64,000 nucleotides of DNA from a virus. Its lineage: Duplodnaviria; Caudoviricetes. The DNA lies in IMG/VR virus record IMGVR_UViG_2744054908_000003, positions 536 to 64,535 of that record. The stretch is one strand, 5' to 3'. Position 1 is the first letter of the stretch; every line of letters begins with the position of its first letter. Positions 63,664-64,000 of this stretch are shown in pieces. The notes under the pieces were generated by a model, which saw only the letters and a program-made list of their open reading frames with translations, was not told the DNA's origin and did not search any database. The position numbers and the translations under genes were made by a program.

Positions 63664-63678
63664 GTTCCTAAAATGTTC
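63664..63678. promoter_or_regulatory. Alphaproteobacterial LexA box GTTC-N7-GTTC
   Basis: GTTCctaaaatGTTC upstream of the operon ending in SRAP. Confidence 0.8.
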
Positions 63679-63763
63679 TTGTTTGAGAGGAGAGTCAATC
63701 GCGAACTCAGCGCTGTGGAAACTTATGGGATCACCTGTGGATTTCCTGTGCGCATTCGCGGGT

Positions 63764-64000
63764 TTATCGAACCAGAACCTTCTCCCATTTCCCATCGCCG
63801 AACGGTTTGCCGCCATGCCGACGCATAAATGCGCTCATGCACCTTTCGGTAGGAAAACTGAAAACGCAGAAACCAACTCCAGACTTGCGGGCCATGCGAT
63901 GAGGCAGGCGAGCACCGAGCCGATCAGCATCACGATGCACCTCGCGACGTGCAAACTTCAAGGCGTAAGATTCGGGGAGTGCGACCTGGAACGTTTTCAT
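63764..64000 (-). CDS. Hypothetical protein (start at window edge)
   Basis: FQVAL...FSF......AF...HGGKPF. Confidence 0.6.
   Translation of the reverse strand: MKTFQVALPESYALKFARREVHRDADRLGARLPHRMARKSGVGFCVFSFPTERCMSAFMRRHGGKPFGDGKWEKVLVR

Larger units (their letters stand above)
1..64000. mobile_element. Temperate siphovirus prophage (HK97-type head, lambda-like organisation); both ends probably outside the window
   Basis: Contiguous integrase, repressor, replication, terminase-portal-protease-capsid, tail and lysis modules; no host housekeeping operon. Confidence 0.97.

Overview
The whole window is one apparently intact temperate siphovirus prophage of an alphaproteobacterial host, probably Hyphomicrobiales (Ochrobactrum/Brucella-like). 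The host call rests on alpha-type LexA and EcfG motifs, a cuckoo sRNA, an HWE kinase and a NepR-like gene. Gene order: 5'-truncated tyrosine integrase; leftward early operon; CI-like repressor; rightward recombination/replication operon (Sak4, SSB-like, beta-clamp, Cas4-like nuclease, SF2 helicase, Gp157, MTase, primase-helicase); HK97-type head; long non-contractile tail; lysis cassette; metallophosphoesterase cluster; SOS-controlled SRAP operon. No att site is identifiable. Morons include candidate anti-phage genes (NTPase-TIR fusion, SRA-HNH, KAP NTPase, DUF6161-like). The most unusual signals are: (1) a tmRNA(ssrA)-tag-like peptide, (A)ANDN, often ending ...AA-COOH, hard-coded into about a dozen unrelated non-virion proteins, alongside a GGQ-less release-factor-like miniprotein; (2) 13 exact copies of ACACGAGGAG, usually preceded by a hairpin with a 7-nt ACCA-containing loop, confined to non-structural regions; (3) a scattered general-stress-response module (HWE kinase, NepR-like anti-sigma, several sigma-EcfG promoters); (4) an sRNA island in which a three-hairpin cuckoo RNA lies next to a candidate RNA displaying the complementary loop. 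All family assignments come from motif recognition by eye; no database search was run.
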